From a virus, in the UHGV virus genome UHGV-1364187: a DNA stretch of 64,000 nucleotides; one strand, given 5' to 3'. Positions 10,650-21,523 of this stretch are shown here, one piece after another. A program made the position numbers and the translations under genes. Positions within the stretch are counted from its first letter, which is position 1, and each line of letters begins with the position of its first letter. The notes under the pieces were generated by a model, which was not told the DNA's origin, ran no database searches, and saw only the letters and a program-made list of their open reading frames with translations.

Positions 10650-11108
10650 ATGGGATATACATCTACAATGGGTGATATTATTAAAGCCGAAGATATCAAA
10701 AAAGAAATACCTATTTATTACAGTAAAAAAGATTTAGATGAAATCCTTGGTAATTATATGAGTAATGTAGATAAAACTATTGATACAAAACTCAATAAAT
10801 TATTAGAGGATATGATTAATAATGGTGGTACTATCAGTATGACTAATTATTATACTAAAGATCAAGTACAAGATATTATCAAGTCAATGAAACCACAAAC
10901 AACAATTCATACATTAAATGTTGCGACAGATAAACAAACGGTGTTTAGTATTCCTAATATTAATGCACCAATTGCAACTTTCTTAATCTTTAATACTACA
11001 GTCAGAACTGACTATACTATTACTGGATCAACTCTAACTACTTTATTTGATGTACCATTAGGTTCACAATTATCGTTAGTAGTTGTTAATTTAGAATACA
11101 CATTCTAA
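10650..11108 (+). CDS. hypothetical structural protein, paralog of 8811-9359
   Basis: RBS AAAAAGGAGG. NYYTK motif. Confidence 0.45.
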   Translation: MGYTSTMGDIIKAEDIKKEIPIYYSKKDLDEILGNYMSNVDKTIDTKLNKLLEDMINNGGTISMTNYYTKDQVQDIIKSMKPQTTIHTLNVATDKQTVFSIPNINAPIATFLIFNTTVRTDYTITGSTLTTLFDVPLGSQLSLVVVNLEYTF

Positions 11109-11130
11109 TTAGGAAAGGAGGTGAAATATT

Positions 11131-11886
11131 ATGGCAGATAAAGGAATTACAAGAGCCAATTTATCACCAGAATTACTTGCAGAATTAGATAATATTGTTG
11201 GAGGACAATGTATTATTCCACAAAATTCTCCACCAACAACAATTCAATTTGGTGGGATTGCACCTGGAACTGATTTAAGTGGTAAAACTGTAGTAGAAAC
11301 ACTTCTACTTGCAACTAATCCATATCAGAAACCAGAGATCACACAATTCTCAACAACGAAAACGTTATATGAAGCTGGAACAACTATTACTTCTATTGAC
11401 TTAACTATTAAAGTTACTAAAAAGTCAGATGCTATCACAAATATTTCATTATATGATGGGTCTACATTAGTAACAACTTTCTCTAATGTGTCTAATGGTG
11501 GTACATTTACTTATACTTATAGAAGTACTATTAATGCTAATAAAACATTAAAAGTTACTGCTACTGATGGTAAAGAAACTGTATCTAAACAATTAGCTAT
11601 TTCATTTATCAATCCAATGTATGTTGGTACTGTTAATGGAACTATTAATAAAGTTTTACAAGCTAAAGGAACATATACATTTAGCAATATTACTTGTACA
11701 AATGATCAAGTAGTATTTAAATATGATGCATCATATGGTAATTTAGCATCAATTAAAGACTCTAACAACTTTGAAAACATTGGTGCATTTACAAAAACAA
11801 CGGAAGTTATTAGTGGAGTTACATATAATGTCTACACAAGTGGAAGTGCAACTCTATCTAACTTCAAATATATATTTAGTTTCTAA
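11131..11886 (+). CDS. tail/baseplate-associated protein
   Basis: N-terminus MADKGITRANLSPELLAELDNI is conserved with the fibre genes at 9867 and 23638. Thr-rich beta-type sequence. Confidence 0.45.
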   Translation: MADKGITRANLSPELLAELDNIVGGQCIIPQNSPPTTIQFGGIAPGTDLSGKTVVETLLLATNPYQKPEITQFSTTKTLYEAGTTITSIDLTIKVTKKSDAITNISLYDGSTLVTTFSNVSNGGTFTYTYRSTINANKTLKVTATDGKETVSKQLAISFINPMYVGTVNGTINKVLQAKGTYTFSNITCTNDQVVFKYDASYGNLASIKDSNNFENIGAFTKTTEVISGVTYNVYTSGSATLSNFKYIFSF

Positions 11887-11904
11887 AGAAAGGAGTGAAA
11901 TACT

Positions 11905-13026
11905 ATGAAGGGAGCTAAAGGTATGCAGATTGGTGCTCCTTTCTCTCTACGTTCAACTGCTAGTTTGGACGATAGAGAAGAATTTGACACCTTACAAGAC
12001 ATGCTTGATTTTCCAGAAACTTCATTACCACCTTTAATTACTTCCACTATTAAAGCTACTGGTGAAATCTATACATATTGTGTATACAATACACCTAATG
12101 TAGATAGACCAGAGTTAAATAAGTGGCGTGAAGGTGGTTTAGGTGGAAGCTCTAGTAATACTTATACTAAAGCCGAACTGGATGCTATTCTAGGAAAAGA
12201 TCCATCCAGTGGTCAAATTGGAACTAATATTACAGAATTAGAAAATACTATTGGAGAAGATGCTGTTATTGATGACAGTGATCCAGATAATCCTGTAATT
12301 GTTACACCAGCAACAGGTATTAAAAAAGATATTGATGATCTAAAAGAACAAGTTAAGAATGCTTCTGGTGCAAGCGATGCAGAAAAAGTCACATATGATA
12401 ATACATATGGATATACTTCTGTAGAAGATGCACTTAATGATATTCTAGATAAAATTAACTATGTTAAACCAACAATTACATCATTATCTATTACACCTAG
12501 TGCAACCGAATATGAAATTGGTAAATCTGTTCCAAGTGTTCAATTCGATTGGGCTTTGAATAAAGATGTTACCAGTCAATCTTTAACAGATTGTACTGTA
12601 ACTATAACTGATAGAACAGCAACATATTCTACCCCACTAACTTCAACAAAAACATTCACTCTTACTGTTAGTGATGGTAAAAATTCTGCTAGTTCATCAA
12701 AAACAATTAGCTTCTTACCTAAAATTTATTGGGGTGGAGCTGAACAACCAGCAAGCTATGATGATGCTTTTGTATTAGGTCTTTCTAATAGTAAATTAGC
12801 ATCAAAATTGACTGGAACTTACACAGTCGATGCCAGTGGCACGAAGTACGGGTATCTAGTAGTACCAGCGTCACTTGGTAAACCAGCAGTACAAATTAGT
12901 GGGTTCGATACAGACCTTGACTTAGTTGCTACATTTGATCATACTAATGCTAGTGGACACAAACAGTCTTATAATGTGTATCAAGCATATCAAGGCTTAG
13001 GGGTCTTTGATATGGAAGTGAAATAA
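11905..13026 (+). CDS. structural protein, paralog A
   Basis: Shares DAVIDDSDPDNPV...ATGIKKDI.DLK and ATFDHTNASG.QSYNV blocks with 13051-14109. Confidence 0.5.
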   Translation: MKGAKGMQIGAPFSLRSTASLDDREEFDTLQDMLDFPETSLPPLITSTIKATGEIYTYCVYNTPNVDRPELNKWREGGLGGSSSNTYTKAELDAILGKDPSSGQIGTNITELENTIGEDAVIDDSDPDNPVIVTPATGIKKDIDDLKEQVKNASGASDAEKVTYDNTYGYTSVEDALNDILDKINYVKPTITSLSITPSATEYEIGKSVPSVQFDWALNKDVTSQSLTDCTVTITDRTATYSTPLTSTKTFTLTVSDGKNSASSSKTISFLPKIYWGGAEQPASYDDAFVLGLSNSKLASKLTGTYTVDASGTKYGYLVVPASLGKPAVQISGFDTDLDLVATFDHTNASGHKQSYNVYQAYQGLGVFDMEVK

Positions 13027-13050
13027 TATTAAAAAGGGAGAGTGGTATTT

Positions 13051-14109
13051 ATGGCAGCAGTTAGAGTTGCAGCAAAAATCAAACAATTAAACGATGCATC
13101 CTTCTTCTTAATGGATGCAAAAGATATTGAAACTAAAGGTGGAACCGACCTACAAACATTCCTTGATGATTTATCTGGTGGGGCAGTTGAAGACATTGAA
13201 GAACTCAAAACTTTAGTTGGTAAAAAAGCGTATACAGATAATACAGTTCCAGATAGTCCTGTTGATGTTCCTTCAACAGGTATGGTAAAAGATGTAGAAG
13301 ATATTCAAGCTACGATTGGTGTTGATGCTGTTATTGATGATAGTGACCCAGATAATCCTGTAGAAACTTCACCAGCAACAGGTATCAAAAAGGATATCGC
13401 TGATCTTAAGAAAGCTATGGATACTAATGTTTGTGATGTAGACAAAATTCTTTATACTCAAGCAGATTTTCCTACTATTGCAACAGTAAAAGATGCTTTA
13501 GATCAATTATTTGAAGATCTCTATTACTTAGCTCCAGAAATCACATCATTTACTACTACACCAACTTCATTAACATTCGAAATTGGTTCTACAGTAAATA
13601 CTATCGATTTCACATGGGCACTTAATAAAGAAGTAACTAGTGTTACATTGACAGATTGTACAATTGCTGATCCAGCAGATACAACTGCTCAATATGCTAC
13701 TCCATTAACAACAGATAAAGAATTCGTTCTTACTGTTACTGATGGAAAAGAAACAGCTACTGCTAAGAAGAATGTTAAATTCTTACCATATGTATATTAT
13801 GGAAAAGCTGCAGCTCCAGATGGGGTTACAACAAACTATGATGATACATTCGTATTAGGTTTACCACAAAAAGCATTTAAATCAAATGCTAAAGGTAGTT
13901 ATGATATGACTTTAGGTGTAGATGAATTTGGATATTTAGCACTTCCAGCTTCATTTGGAACACCAAAAGTTAAAATCGGTGGATTTGATACAGAATTAGA
14001 TTTAGCTGCTACATTTGATCATACAAATGCTAGTGGATATCAACAATCTTATAATGTATTCAAAACAGGTAATGCTAACTTAGGTGCAATCTCTATGGTT
14101 GTCGAATAA
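13051..14109 (+). CDS. structural protein, paralog B
   Basis: ATG at 13051 is preferred over the track GTG at 13042 on RBS GGGAGAG spacing. Paralogous to 11905. Confidence 0.5.
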   Translation: MAAVRVAAKIKQLNDASFFLMDAKDIETKGGTDLQTFLDDLSGGAVEDIEELKTLVGKKAYTDNTVPDSPVDVPSTGMVKDVEDIQATIGVDAVIDDSDPDNPVETSPATGIKKDIADLKKAMDTNVCDVDKILYTQADFPTIATVKDALDQLFEDLYYLAPEITSFTTTPTSLTFEIGSTVNTIDFTWALNKEVTSVTLTDCTIADPADTTAQYATPLTTDKEFVLTVTDGKETATAKKNVKFLPYVYYGKAAAPDGVTTNYDDTFVLGLPQKAFKSNAKGSYDMTLGVDEFGYLALPASFGTPKVKIGGFDTELDLAATFDHTNASGYQQSYNVFKTGNANLGAISMVVE

Positions 14110-14138
14110 TAAAAATTATTTTTTGGAGGTGAACAATC

Positions 14139-14354
14139 ATGGCATATGTAAGATTAGCAGATAAAATTAAACAATTAAACAATGCTAACTTCAAACTTGT
14201 AGATTCAGTTGATGTAGAGATGGATGATGGTACTGATCTTCAGACTACGGTTGACGCATTAAAAACTGCATCTGGAAGTATTGAAATGATGTCAACAGAT
14301 GATTGGAACACCTTCTTTGGAGGGCTAACAGTTGATGTTAGCTCTTCCAATTAG
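14139..14354 (+). CDS. short protein homologous to the N-terminus of paralog B
   Basis: MAYVRLADKIKQLNNANF...GTDLQTTVDAL matches MAAVRVAAKIKQLNDASF...GTDLQTFLDDL. Confidence 0.4.
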   Translation: MAYVRLADKIKQLNNANFKLVDSVDVEMDDGTDLQTTVDALKTASGSIEMMSTDDWNTFFGGLTVDVSSSN

Positions 14355-14386
14355 AAGGTGTTTTATTTTAGAAAGGAGTGAATACA

Positions 14387-15748
14387 ATGAGTAAATATGT
14401 GACAGAAGAAGTTCTTAAACAGGCAGCCGAAGATATTATCAGATCATTAGGTAGTCATATTGTAGAATATGAACCTTATACTGACGATGAGATTGCCGAA
14501 CTTTATAATCTTACTCCAGAAGAAGTTCAACAATTAAGCGAATTAATCAGAGATGATATTATTTCTCAATATAAACTTTGGTCTAGTAAAAAAGTTGATA
14601 GCTCTATTACAGATGCTAAATTGGAATGTAATGAATATACTGATAAAATGCTTTCTAATATCAGTAGCATTTCTTTAGAATGGTGTGAAACTTCTCTTCC
14701 AGTTACTGGAGAAACAAACAAGATTTATATATTTCCAAAAACCACTGATGGTAATACTGTAAACACTCTAAATATTTGGAGTACTACTAGTTCTGATTGG
14801 GTCACATTTGGAAATTTAGATATAGATTTTTCTCAATTTTATACTAAAAGTGAAATTGATACTAAACTTGATTTAAAAGCTAATAAAACTGAAGTACTAT
14901 CTCAAGATGGAGTTATTGTAGATAAATCATTAGCAACTACTGCTAATGTATTAAGTGCTACTACTACTGTAGAAGAATTGGATAAAAAGATAGATAAAAC
15001 AAGTATTGTTACGAGTATTACTGATTCTAGTACAGATGAACAGATTTCTACAGCTAAAGCTATTTATAATAGTATTATTAATGGAAAATTAGGATGCTTA
15101 AAATACAATACTGAGTATATGAATTCAGATACATTAAATATTTTTCTACCTAATGCCGGAATGTATAAAATTGGTTCTCCAACTAAAGGTGTCCCAGAGA
15201 ATAATTTACAAGATTATACATTATTTAATATTCCTTGGATGCTTACTGAAAATAATAATTTTGCTACACCTACATTAGAATATGGGTGTCAACTACTATT
15301 TTCACCAAGATTTATAAATAGTTTCTGGTATAGAGTTGTATGGGGATATGATAAAGACACATATACATATACTGAAGGTGATTATTCAGTATTTACAAAA
15401 TGGAGAGTAGTTAATACAACTTCTATAGAAAATATAAATCCAACAACATTAACATATGATACATCTGTTGTTTCAGAAGGAACTATTTCATATGAAGTTA
15501 GAAATGGTATTTGCTACATTTCATTCATATCTGTAAAACTTGCGACTACTGGAACTAATCAAATTATTTCATCAACACTATTACCAAAGCCAAGTCAAGG
15601 ATTTGCAACATTTTCTTTATTTAATGATAGTGTTGATATAAGAGTTGGAACGTTCTTTATTGATGGTTCTGGATATTCTAAAGTACACTGCTTTACTGCA
15701 AATACTGGTGTATGGCAAACATTTTCTTATCCAGTAGCAGAATCTTAA
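14387..15748 (+). CDS. receptor-binding/tail fibre protein, paralog 1
   Basis: C-terminus ...WQTFSYPVAES is shared with 17550. N-terminal KIYIFP..DGNT block is shared with 15925 and 17550. Confidence 0.55.
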   Translation: MSKYVTEEVLKQAAEDIIRSLGSHIVEYEPYTDDEIAELYNLTPEEVQQLSELIRDDIISQYKLWSSKKVDSSITDAKLECNEYTDKMLSNISSISLEWCETSLPVTGETNKIYIFPKTTDGNTVNTLNIWSTTSSDWVTFGNLDIDFSQFYTKSEIDTKLDLKANKTEVLSQDGVIVDKSLATTANVLSATTTVEELDKKIDKTSIVTSITDSSTDEQISTAKAIYNSIINGKLGCLKYNTEYMNSDTLNIFLPNAGMYKIGSPTKGVPENNLQDYTLFNIPWMLTENNNFATPTLEYGCQLLFSPRFINSFWYRVVWGYDKDTYTYTEGDYSVFTKWRVVNTTSIENINPTTLTYDTSVVSEGTISYEVRNGICYISFISVKLATTGTNQIISSTLLPKPSQGFATFSLFNDSVDIRVGTFFIDGSGYSKVHCFTANTGVWQTFSYPVAES

Positions 15749-15750
15749 AA

Positions 15751-15792
15751 TACTATGATAACCTTAATCGGTTATCATAGTATTATTTTTTA
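15751..15792 (+). terminator. rho-independent terminator
   Basis: Stem tactatgataacc/ggttatcatagta followed by ttatttttta. Confidence 0.6.
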
Positions 15793-15924
15793 TATACTAA
15801 AATACATCTATAGCGTCAAATGTATTATTTTAACACTATAATAAATATAATCAAACTATACTATTACAATTAGTACAGTTTACAATCACATTATATTAAA
15901 TTAAAAAGAAAGGATGTGTATTTT

Positions 15925-17520
15925 ATGGATATCACATTACGTAAAGAAAAAGGTATTACTACGGATAATCTTAAAAAGATTGTTCAGATAGGTATCAATT
16001 TCGGTGAAAAACTTAATACCATAGAAGCAGCATGTATTGAACAATATGATCCAGATACACCTTATGTTGCTGGTAATCACTGTTATTATGACAATTATTT
16101 ACAGGAAGCATTAGCAACAACAAAAGGTGAATGGAATTCATCCAGATGGAAAAAAGTAGGTGATGATCTAAATCCTATTACTAAAGATGATATTGATGCT
16201 TGGCTTGGATTATCACAAGATGAAATTAATACATTATCAAGTATTATCTTAGATAGTGAAGTACGACTAGATAAAACTTATAGTTCTTCAAAAATTTATA
16301 CAGATATACAACAGTGTTTATCAGATTCAAAAACATTTACTTTAGCACAATTTGCTAAAGCAAATAAAGCTTCATACAAAGTGGCTAATTCTTTAGATGA
16401 AATGACAGAAACTAATATCTTATATTTATATAGTGCTAGTGGAGATACTAATTATGATATTTATGCTTTAATAGACGGAACAGCTACACCTATTGGAAGT
16501 ACAACTATCGATCTTAGTAATTATTATACTAAAGATGAAGTAGATGCGGATTTCTTAAAGAAAACTGATGCTGCTTCTACATATGCTACTATTGATAATG
16601 TAAATGGTAAAGCTGATAAAACAGATATTGTTACTCCTAGTAAAACATCAACCACATCACAAATGGCAAATGCTAAAGATGTATTTGATATGCTTTCTGG
16701 AAAACAACCAATTTTAAAACACAATTTATGGGATGAAGATGCTCTTAATAGAACAGATAGAACAGAAGTTGCGTACGGGTATATAGAAACTACAACAGCT
16801 GTATCAATAGGTATAACAGACGCTACAGATTTCTTCCATGTAATATATTTACCTTGGGATATGTCATATCCTACAGAAATTTTAATTACATGCTCTGGAC
16901 AAAGTAGAATGTATTTAAGAAGTTGTTTTAATGGAACATGGAGTAATCCTAAAGAAATATTAACACGGAATAGAGTTATAGAATTAGGAGATTTAGGAAA
17001 CGGTACACGAGGATTAATATATACATGGAAAGGTGATAATGACGAAGGATATTTTGGTTTAGATTTAACAGGTGCAGATGGAACAACAAAAAGAGTTCAA
17101 TTTAATAAAGAAGCATCTAATAATATAATAGAGATGTTTAATCACGACGGTACAAATTGGAATTATCTAGGTAGATGTGCAATGACAAAAGTTAATGATA
17201 TTCCATATACACAATTGCAACTTAGTGGAACTTCTATATTTAGTGAAGGTGTAATTACATACTGTGTAAATAATGGATGGTGTAATTTTACATTTTCTGC
17301 TTTTACAAGTGCTTTAGGTTCATCTGTTGGATTATCAAGTTCTGCATTTCCTGCACCAGTTAATGGACTTATAACAGTACCATTAATAGATGATCTTAGT
17401 GGTACAGTAGTAGGAATGTTCTATATAGATAGTCAGTATGGTTCTATACCTAGATGTCATGTATATAAAGCAGGATTACGTGCATTTGCATCATTGTCAT
17501 ATAAAGTAGAAGAACCTTAA
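15925..17520 (+). CDS. receptor-binding/tail fibre protein, paralog 2
   Basis: ILYLYSASGDT block and YYTKDEVD repeat. The RBS region AAAGAAAGGATGTGT is the same as at 17550. Confidence 0.55.
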   Translation: MDITLRKEKGITTDNLKKIVQIGINFGEKLNTIEAACIEQYDPDTPYVAGNHCYYDNYLQEALATTKGEWNSSRWKKVGDDLNPITKDDIDAWLGLSQDEINTLSSIILDSEVRLDKTYSSSKIYTDIQQCLSDSKTFTLAQFAKANKASYKVANSLDEMTETNILYLYSASGDTNYDIYALIDGTATPIGSTTIDLSNYYTKDEVDADFLKKTDAASTYATIDNVNGKADKTDIVTPSKTSTTSQMANAKDVFDMLSGKQPILKHNLWDEDALNRTDRTEVAYGYIETTTAVSIGITDATDFFHVIYLPWDMSYPTEILITCSGQSRMYLRSCFNGTWSNPKEILTRNRVIELGDLGNGTRGLIYTWKGDNDEGYFGLDLTGADGTTKRVQFNKEASNNIIEMFNHDGTNWNYLGRCAMTKVNDIPYTQLQLSGTSIFSEGVITYCVNNGWCNFTFSAFTSALGSSVGLSSSAFPAPVNGLITVPLIDDLSGTVVGMFYIDSQYGSIPRCHVYKAGLRAFASLSYKVEEP

Positions 17521-17549
17521 AATAAATAAAAAGAAAGGATGTGTTTTAG

Positions 17550-18839
17550 ATGAGTCAAAAGTTTGACATATTAACTAAAGAAGAAGTTCAATATTTATGT
17601 GGATTAATACGTAAAGTTGTAACTGTTTCTGAAGCAATTGATGATATTAATCTTAGATCAGATGGGACTTTCTCATCTGTTAAGATTGATAACTTAATCA
17701 AATTAGCAAAACAAGAATGTAATGAATACTCTGATCAGGTATGTAGTGCATTAATTAAACTTACATGTAAGAAAACTACAGTACAACCTACATTAGATAA
17801 TTCAGAAACAAATGTAATCTATTTATATTCTGCAGATGGAAATGCTCCATTTGAACAATGGTTAAAGCTTTCAGATACAGAATTAGTAGATATGGGTAGT
17901 ACTACTATTACATTAGATGGATATTATACTATTGATCAATGTGATGGTAAATTTGCATTAAAAACAGATTTAGCAGATGTAGTTACTGCTGTTAATGAAA
18001 TTAAAAATACTATTGGTACTGATACTTTAAATACTACTGATAAAACATTAATTGGTGGTATTAATGAAGTAAAAGATTCAATAGATACTAAGATTGATAA
18101 ATCAAAAATTATTACTACTATTGATAGTTCTAGTACCGATGAACAAGTACCTAGTGCTAAAGTAACATATGATGAAATAAATTGTGGTAAAGAAATAAAC
18201 GATGATATTATTTCAAAATACGGAACAGAAATTTATAAATACCCAATAGGAAGATGGTATATTCCTACTGTTGAAATATATATGAAAATGACAGATTTGC
18301 CATCAAATTCAAAAACTGCATGTACAATAGATATATCATCAATAACACCACATAGAAATATAACAAGTCCTTGGTGTTACAGAAATATAGTTTTAAGATA
18401 TATTTGCACAAATTCTGGATATATGTATATAAGATCTTTTAATAGTGGTTCTACTGGTGGCGAAATAAATTCAGATAGTGGATGGGAAAGAGTTTGTACT
18501 ACAAAAGTTGATGATGTAAGCCCTACAAAGATTAATATTAATACGGCATATATATCAAATCCTATGTGTTATTATGAAGTAAAAAATGGTATATGTTATA
18601 TAAATATGATATCAGGCAATTATATAATACCTTCACAATTAGATGGAGTTACATTAGCTTCAGGATTGCCAAAACCATCGTTAAGTCAAATTACACACAC
18701 ATACAATCTTTGGAGCAATATAAATGCACAAGTAATATTATTTGTTACTGCTGAAAAACAATTGATTCTTCATGCAAATGCTGCAGCCAATGGTGGATGT
18801 GTATTTACTACATTCTCATATCCAGTAGCAGAATCTTAA
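17550..18839 (+). CDS. receptor-binding/tail fibre protein, paralog 3
   Basis: VIYLYSADGNAP block. C-terminus FTTFSYPVAES is identical to the 14387 gene. Confidence 0.55.
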   Translation: MSQKFDILTKEEVQYLCGLIRKVVTVSEAIDDINLRSDGTFSSVKIDNLIKLAKQECNEYSDQVCSALIKLTCKKTTVQPTLDNSETNVIYLYSADGNAPFEQWLKLSDTELVDMGSTTITLDGYYTIDQCDGKFALKTDLADVVTAVNEIKNTIGTDTLNTTDKTLIGGINEVKDSIDTKIDKSKIITTIDSSSTDEQVPSAKVTYDEINCGKEINDDIISKYGTEIYKYPIGRWYIPTVEIYMKMTDLPSNSKTACTIDISSITPHRNITSPWCYRNIVLRYICTNSGYMYIRSFNSGSTGGEINSDSGWERVCTTKVDDVSPTKININTAYISNPMCYYEVKNGICYINMISGNYIIPSQLDGVTLASGLPKPSLSQITHTYNLWSNINAQVILFVTAEKQLILHANAAANGGCVFTTFSYPVAES

Positions 18840-18920
18840 AATGTCATACAAAACATTAAAATAAGAGTGAGAATAATCCCACTCTTATTTTTATTTCATA
18901 TACAAAGGAGTTGGTCTTTC

Positions 18921-20549
18921 ATGACTAAAAATTACAAAGTTTCAAAGAACATTATAAGCAATAAACTAAAACTCACTAATGTTGTACATAATAGTTTGTC
19001 TAAATTAAATATTTATGCACAAACAAACAGAAAAACATTACATAATGATTTTGAAAAGAATATTGTATTATCTGTAAATGATAAAGAATACAATATTCAA
19101 CTTCCAGTCCCTATGTATGGTATTGAATTATTTAGGGACTATGTAGATATAATTAATAAAAAATTATATAAAAAGGTATCTAAAAGAATTATTAATGGAT
19201 CAGAAAATATCTTTTCAATTCAGGTATGCAGTACTGTTGTAAAAATTTGTATCAAACTAGATCCAACTACAAATTATATTTCAAGAAATGAAGAAAGGAC
19301 TATAATGTATAGTAAAATCAACGGAGTAAAAGAAGTATCTGTTTATAATAGAGATTTCAATATTACTTTATCAAAAGATGTTCTTTCTGAATATACAGAG
19401 AATGGAGTAAAATCTTTCTTAAAAGAAAATAATCTTGTTATATACTACATTAATAAAGTTTATAAAGAATATGATTTAGATATAGAAGATATAAATTTAG
19501 TAGATGGAGAAAACGAAATATCTATTAACGGTACAGAAGAAAATGGAATTGAAATCGAATATGTTTCAACTGTAGAGCCAGAAGAAAAAATATTTAAACC
19601 TAGATTTTGTAGCGTATTAGATTTCGTAGCCACACCAGCAGATGCTAAGGGTGGTATGAGATATTGTCAAGAGACATTATATAATGAAGATATTGAAGTA
19701 TTTAATTCTCTTAAAATAACAGATGATCCATCTATTCTTGTTGTAGACTGTTATTACAACGAAGAGACAGATGAGATGTATCTATTAAAAGATAAAGATT
19801 GGTATGTAACAAATTATGCAAGTAAATATATTGATAATGGAATTAATATAGACAAAATTAAGTTACATACATTCTTCTATAATGGAGGATTAGGAAATTC
19901 AGAATATATAAGACAAGTAATTGGTAGAGATAAATTTAAAGAAAAATATGATAAGATTCTTGACGATGTAATTTATATCGCAGATAATCTAAGAGACAAA
20001 GATGGAAATAAATATATCAAAGATATTATCTTATTTAACGAATTAGATGCTTTATTCCATGATGATGAACTTACAGACTATGTTATTGATTCTGTTAATA
20101 AGATAAAAGCATTAGGATATAATTCAGGTGTATCAAATGCAAGCCCTCTTAATTTCAAGAACAATGATGAAAGATTGAAAGAAGCTTCATCTAAATTCTA
20201 TATCAACTGGTATATTAAAATTCAAGATAATAATCATGTAGTTGATATTGATAAAGTTGTAGAAAATGTAAGAAATTCAAGAGAAATAAAGATTCTTGAA
20301 GAATTTACGAAGAAATATAATAAGAAAGTGTTTATTAGTGAAACAGGAGTATTAGATGATTGGGAATATCTTCATTGCCCAACTAGATATGGATTTACAA
20401 ATGTAACACCTTCATATGGAGAGACTGAAAATATTTACTTAAACATGATGTTTAAGGCATTAAACTTAGATTATATCGAAGGTGTATGCTATTGGTGGTA
20501 TATGGGTTATAATAAACTCATTAATCCAATTCAAGAATATACTAAATAA
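18921..20549 (+). CDS. putative glycoside hydrolase (clan GH-A-like TIM barrel)
   Basis: ILFNELD (acid/base-like NE) and FISETGV (nucleophile-like ETG) roughly 100 aa apart, then CYWWYMGY. Start taken at the ATG after CAAAGGAG. Confidence 0.4.
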   Translation: MTKNYKVSKNIISNKLKLTNVVHNSLSKLNIYAQTNRKTLHNDFEKNIVLSVNDKEYNIQLPVPMYGIELFRDYVDIINKKLYKKVSKRIINGSENIFSIQVCSTVVKICIKLDPTTNYISRNEERTIMYSKINGVKEVSVYNRDFNITLSKDVLSEYTENGVKSFLKENNLVIYYINKVYKEYDLDIEDINLVDGENEISINGTEENGIEIEYVSTVEPEEKIFKPRFCSVLDFVATPADAKGGMRYCQETLYNEDIEVFNSLKITDDPSILVVDCYYNEETDEMYLLKDKDWYVTNYASKYIDNGINIDKIKLHTFFYNGGLGNSEYIRQVIGRDKFKEKYDKILDDVIYIADNLRDKDGNKYIKDIILFNELDALFHDDELTDYVIDSVNKIKALGYNSGVSNASPLNFKNNDERLKEASSKFYINWYIKIQDNNHVVDIDKVVENVRNSREIKILEEFTKKYNKKVFISETGVLDDWEYLHCPTRYGFTNVTPSYGETENIYLNMMFKALNLDYIEGVCYWWYMGYNKLINPIQEYTK

Positions 20550-20615
20550 GGGAGTTGATCTTTTATGACTAAATATGATAATTTAGTTGCAGCGTGCTTA
20601 TACTTGGTCTAATTT

Positions 20616-21520
20616 ATGGTCCACATGGAGAATGTAGCCGTAGAGAACGAACCTGACGATATAGATAAGCAGATTAAAATGATTAAAGATCATAATATAA
20701 ATAAAGCACAAATTGTGCTTACTTTAGGACTAGATGATGGCGAAACAAGTAAACATAAAGGATTGTATATCGCTGGTCCTAAAAATTATGACACATCAGA
20801 TTATTTATTTAAAAGATTGGAAGAAGAAAATATAAGCATATAATTATTAAAAATCCATTTTAATTATACTGGAGTGAAGGATTGTGATAAATGGATTTCT
20901 AATACATTAGGTTCTTTAAAGGAATTTTCTAATTACTACCACGATAAAGTAATTGAAATTGCTGAAAGATATAAAGGTAGAATAGAAAATATATGCCCTT
21001 GGAATGAAACAGGATGGGGTAGTAGAGGAAATTATATCCCATTTATTAAAGATACAATTGATGATTTACATAAATTAGGATATAAAGTCACAATGAGTAC
21101 GATGGGCTTTACTGAACTTGTAGAAATTGATAAAGAAATATTAGATAAACTTGATTTCTTTAGTTGTAATAATTATCCTCACGGTTCAGTAAAAGGTAAA
21201 AAAATGTACACCAAAAGATACGGCTCAAGCATTTAGAAATTATGAGTTTGATCCATTAACAGTATATAATTGGTGTAAAAAGAATTATCCTAACAAAAAA
21301 GTATGGATAACAGAAAGTGGAACTTTTGATTCTAGTAAGCATGTGTTATTACCAGCTCTTTCTGATCCAAATATTGCAGATGGAAATAAAGAGGCTAATG
21401 GTAAAATACAAGCAAATTATTTAGATGCATTATTTACACTATATGTAAACAAATTTGAAAGAATTTGTTGGTGGTGGAAAATGGAATGTGAAGAAACTAA
21501 AAAATTATTAGGAGTAAATT
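20616..21520 (+). pseudogene. decayed duplicate of the upstream glycosidase gene, split over three frames
   Basis: VENEPDD, ICPWNETGWG and VWITESGTF...ICWWWK segments are colinear with the C-terminal half of 18921-20549. They lie in three different frames across 20616-20843, 20874-21236 and 21237-21520. Confidence 0.4.
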
Positions 21521-21523
21521 AAA

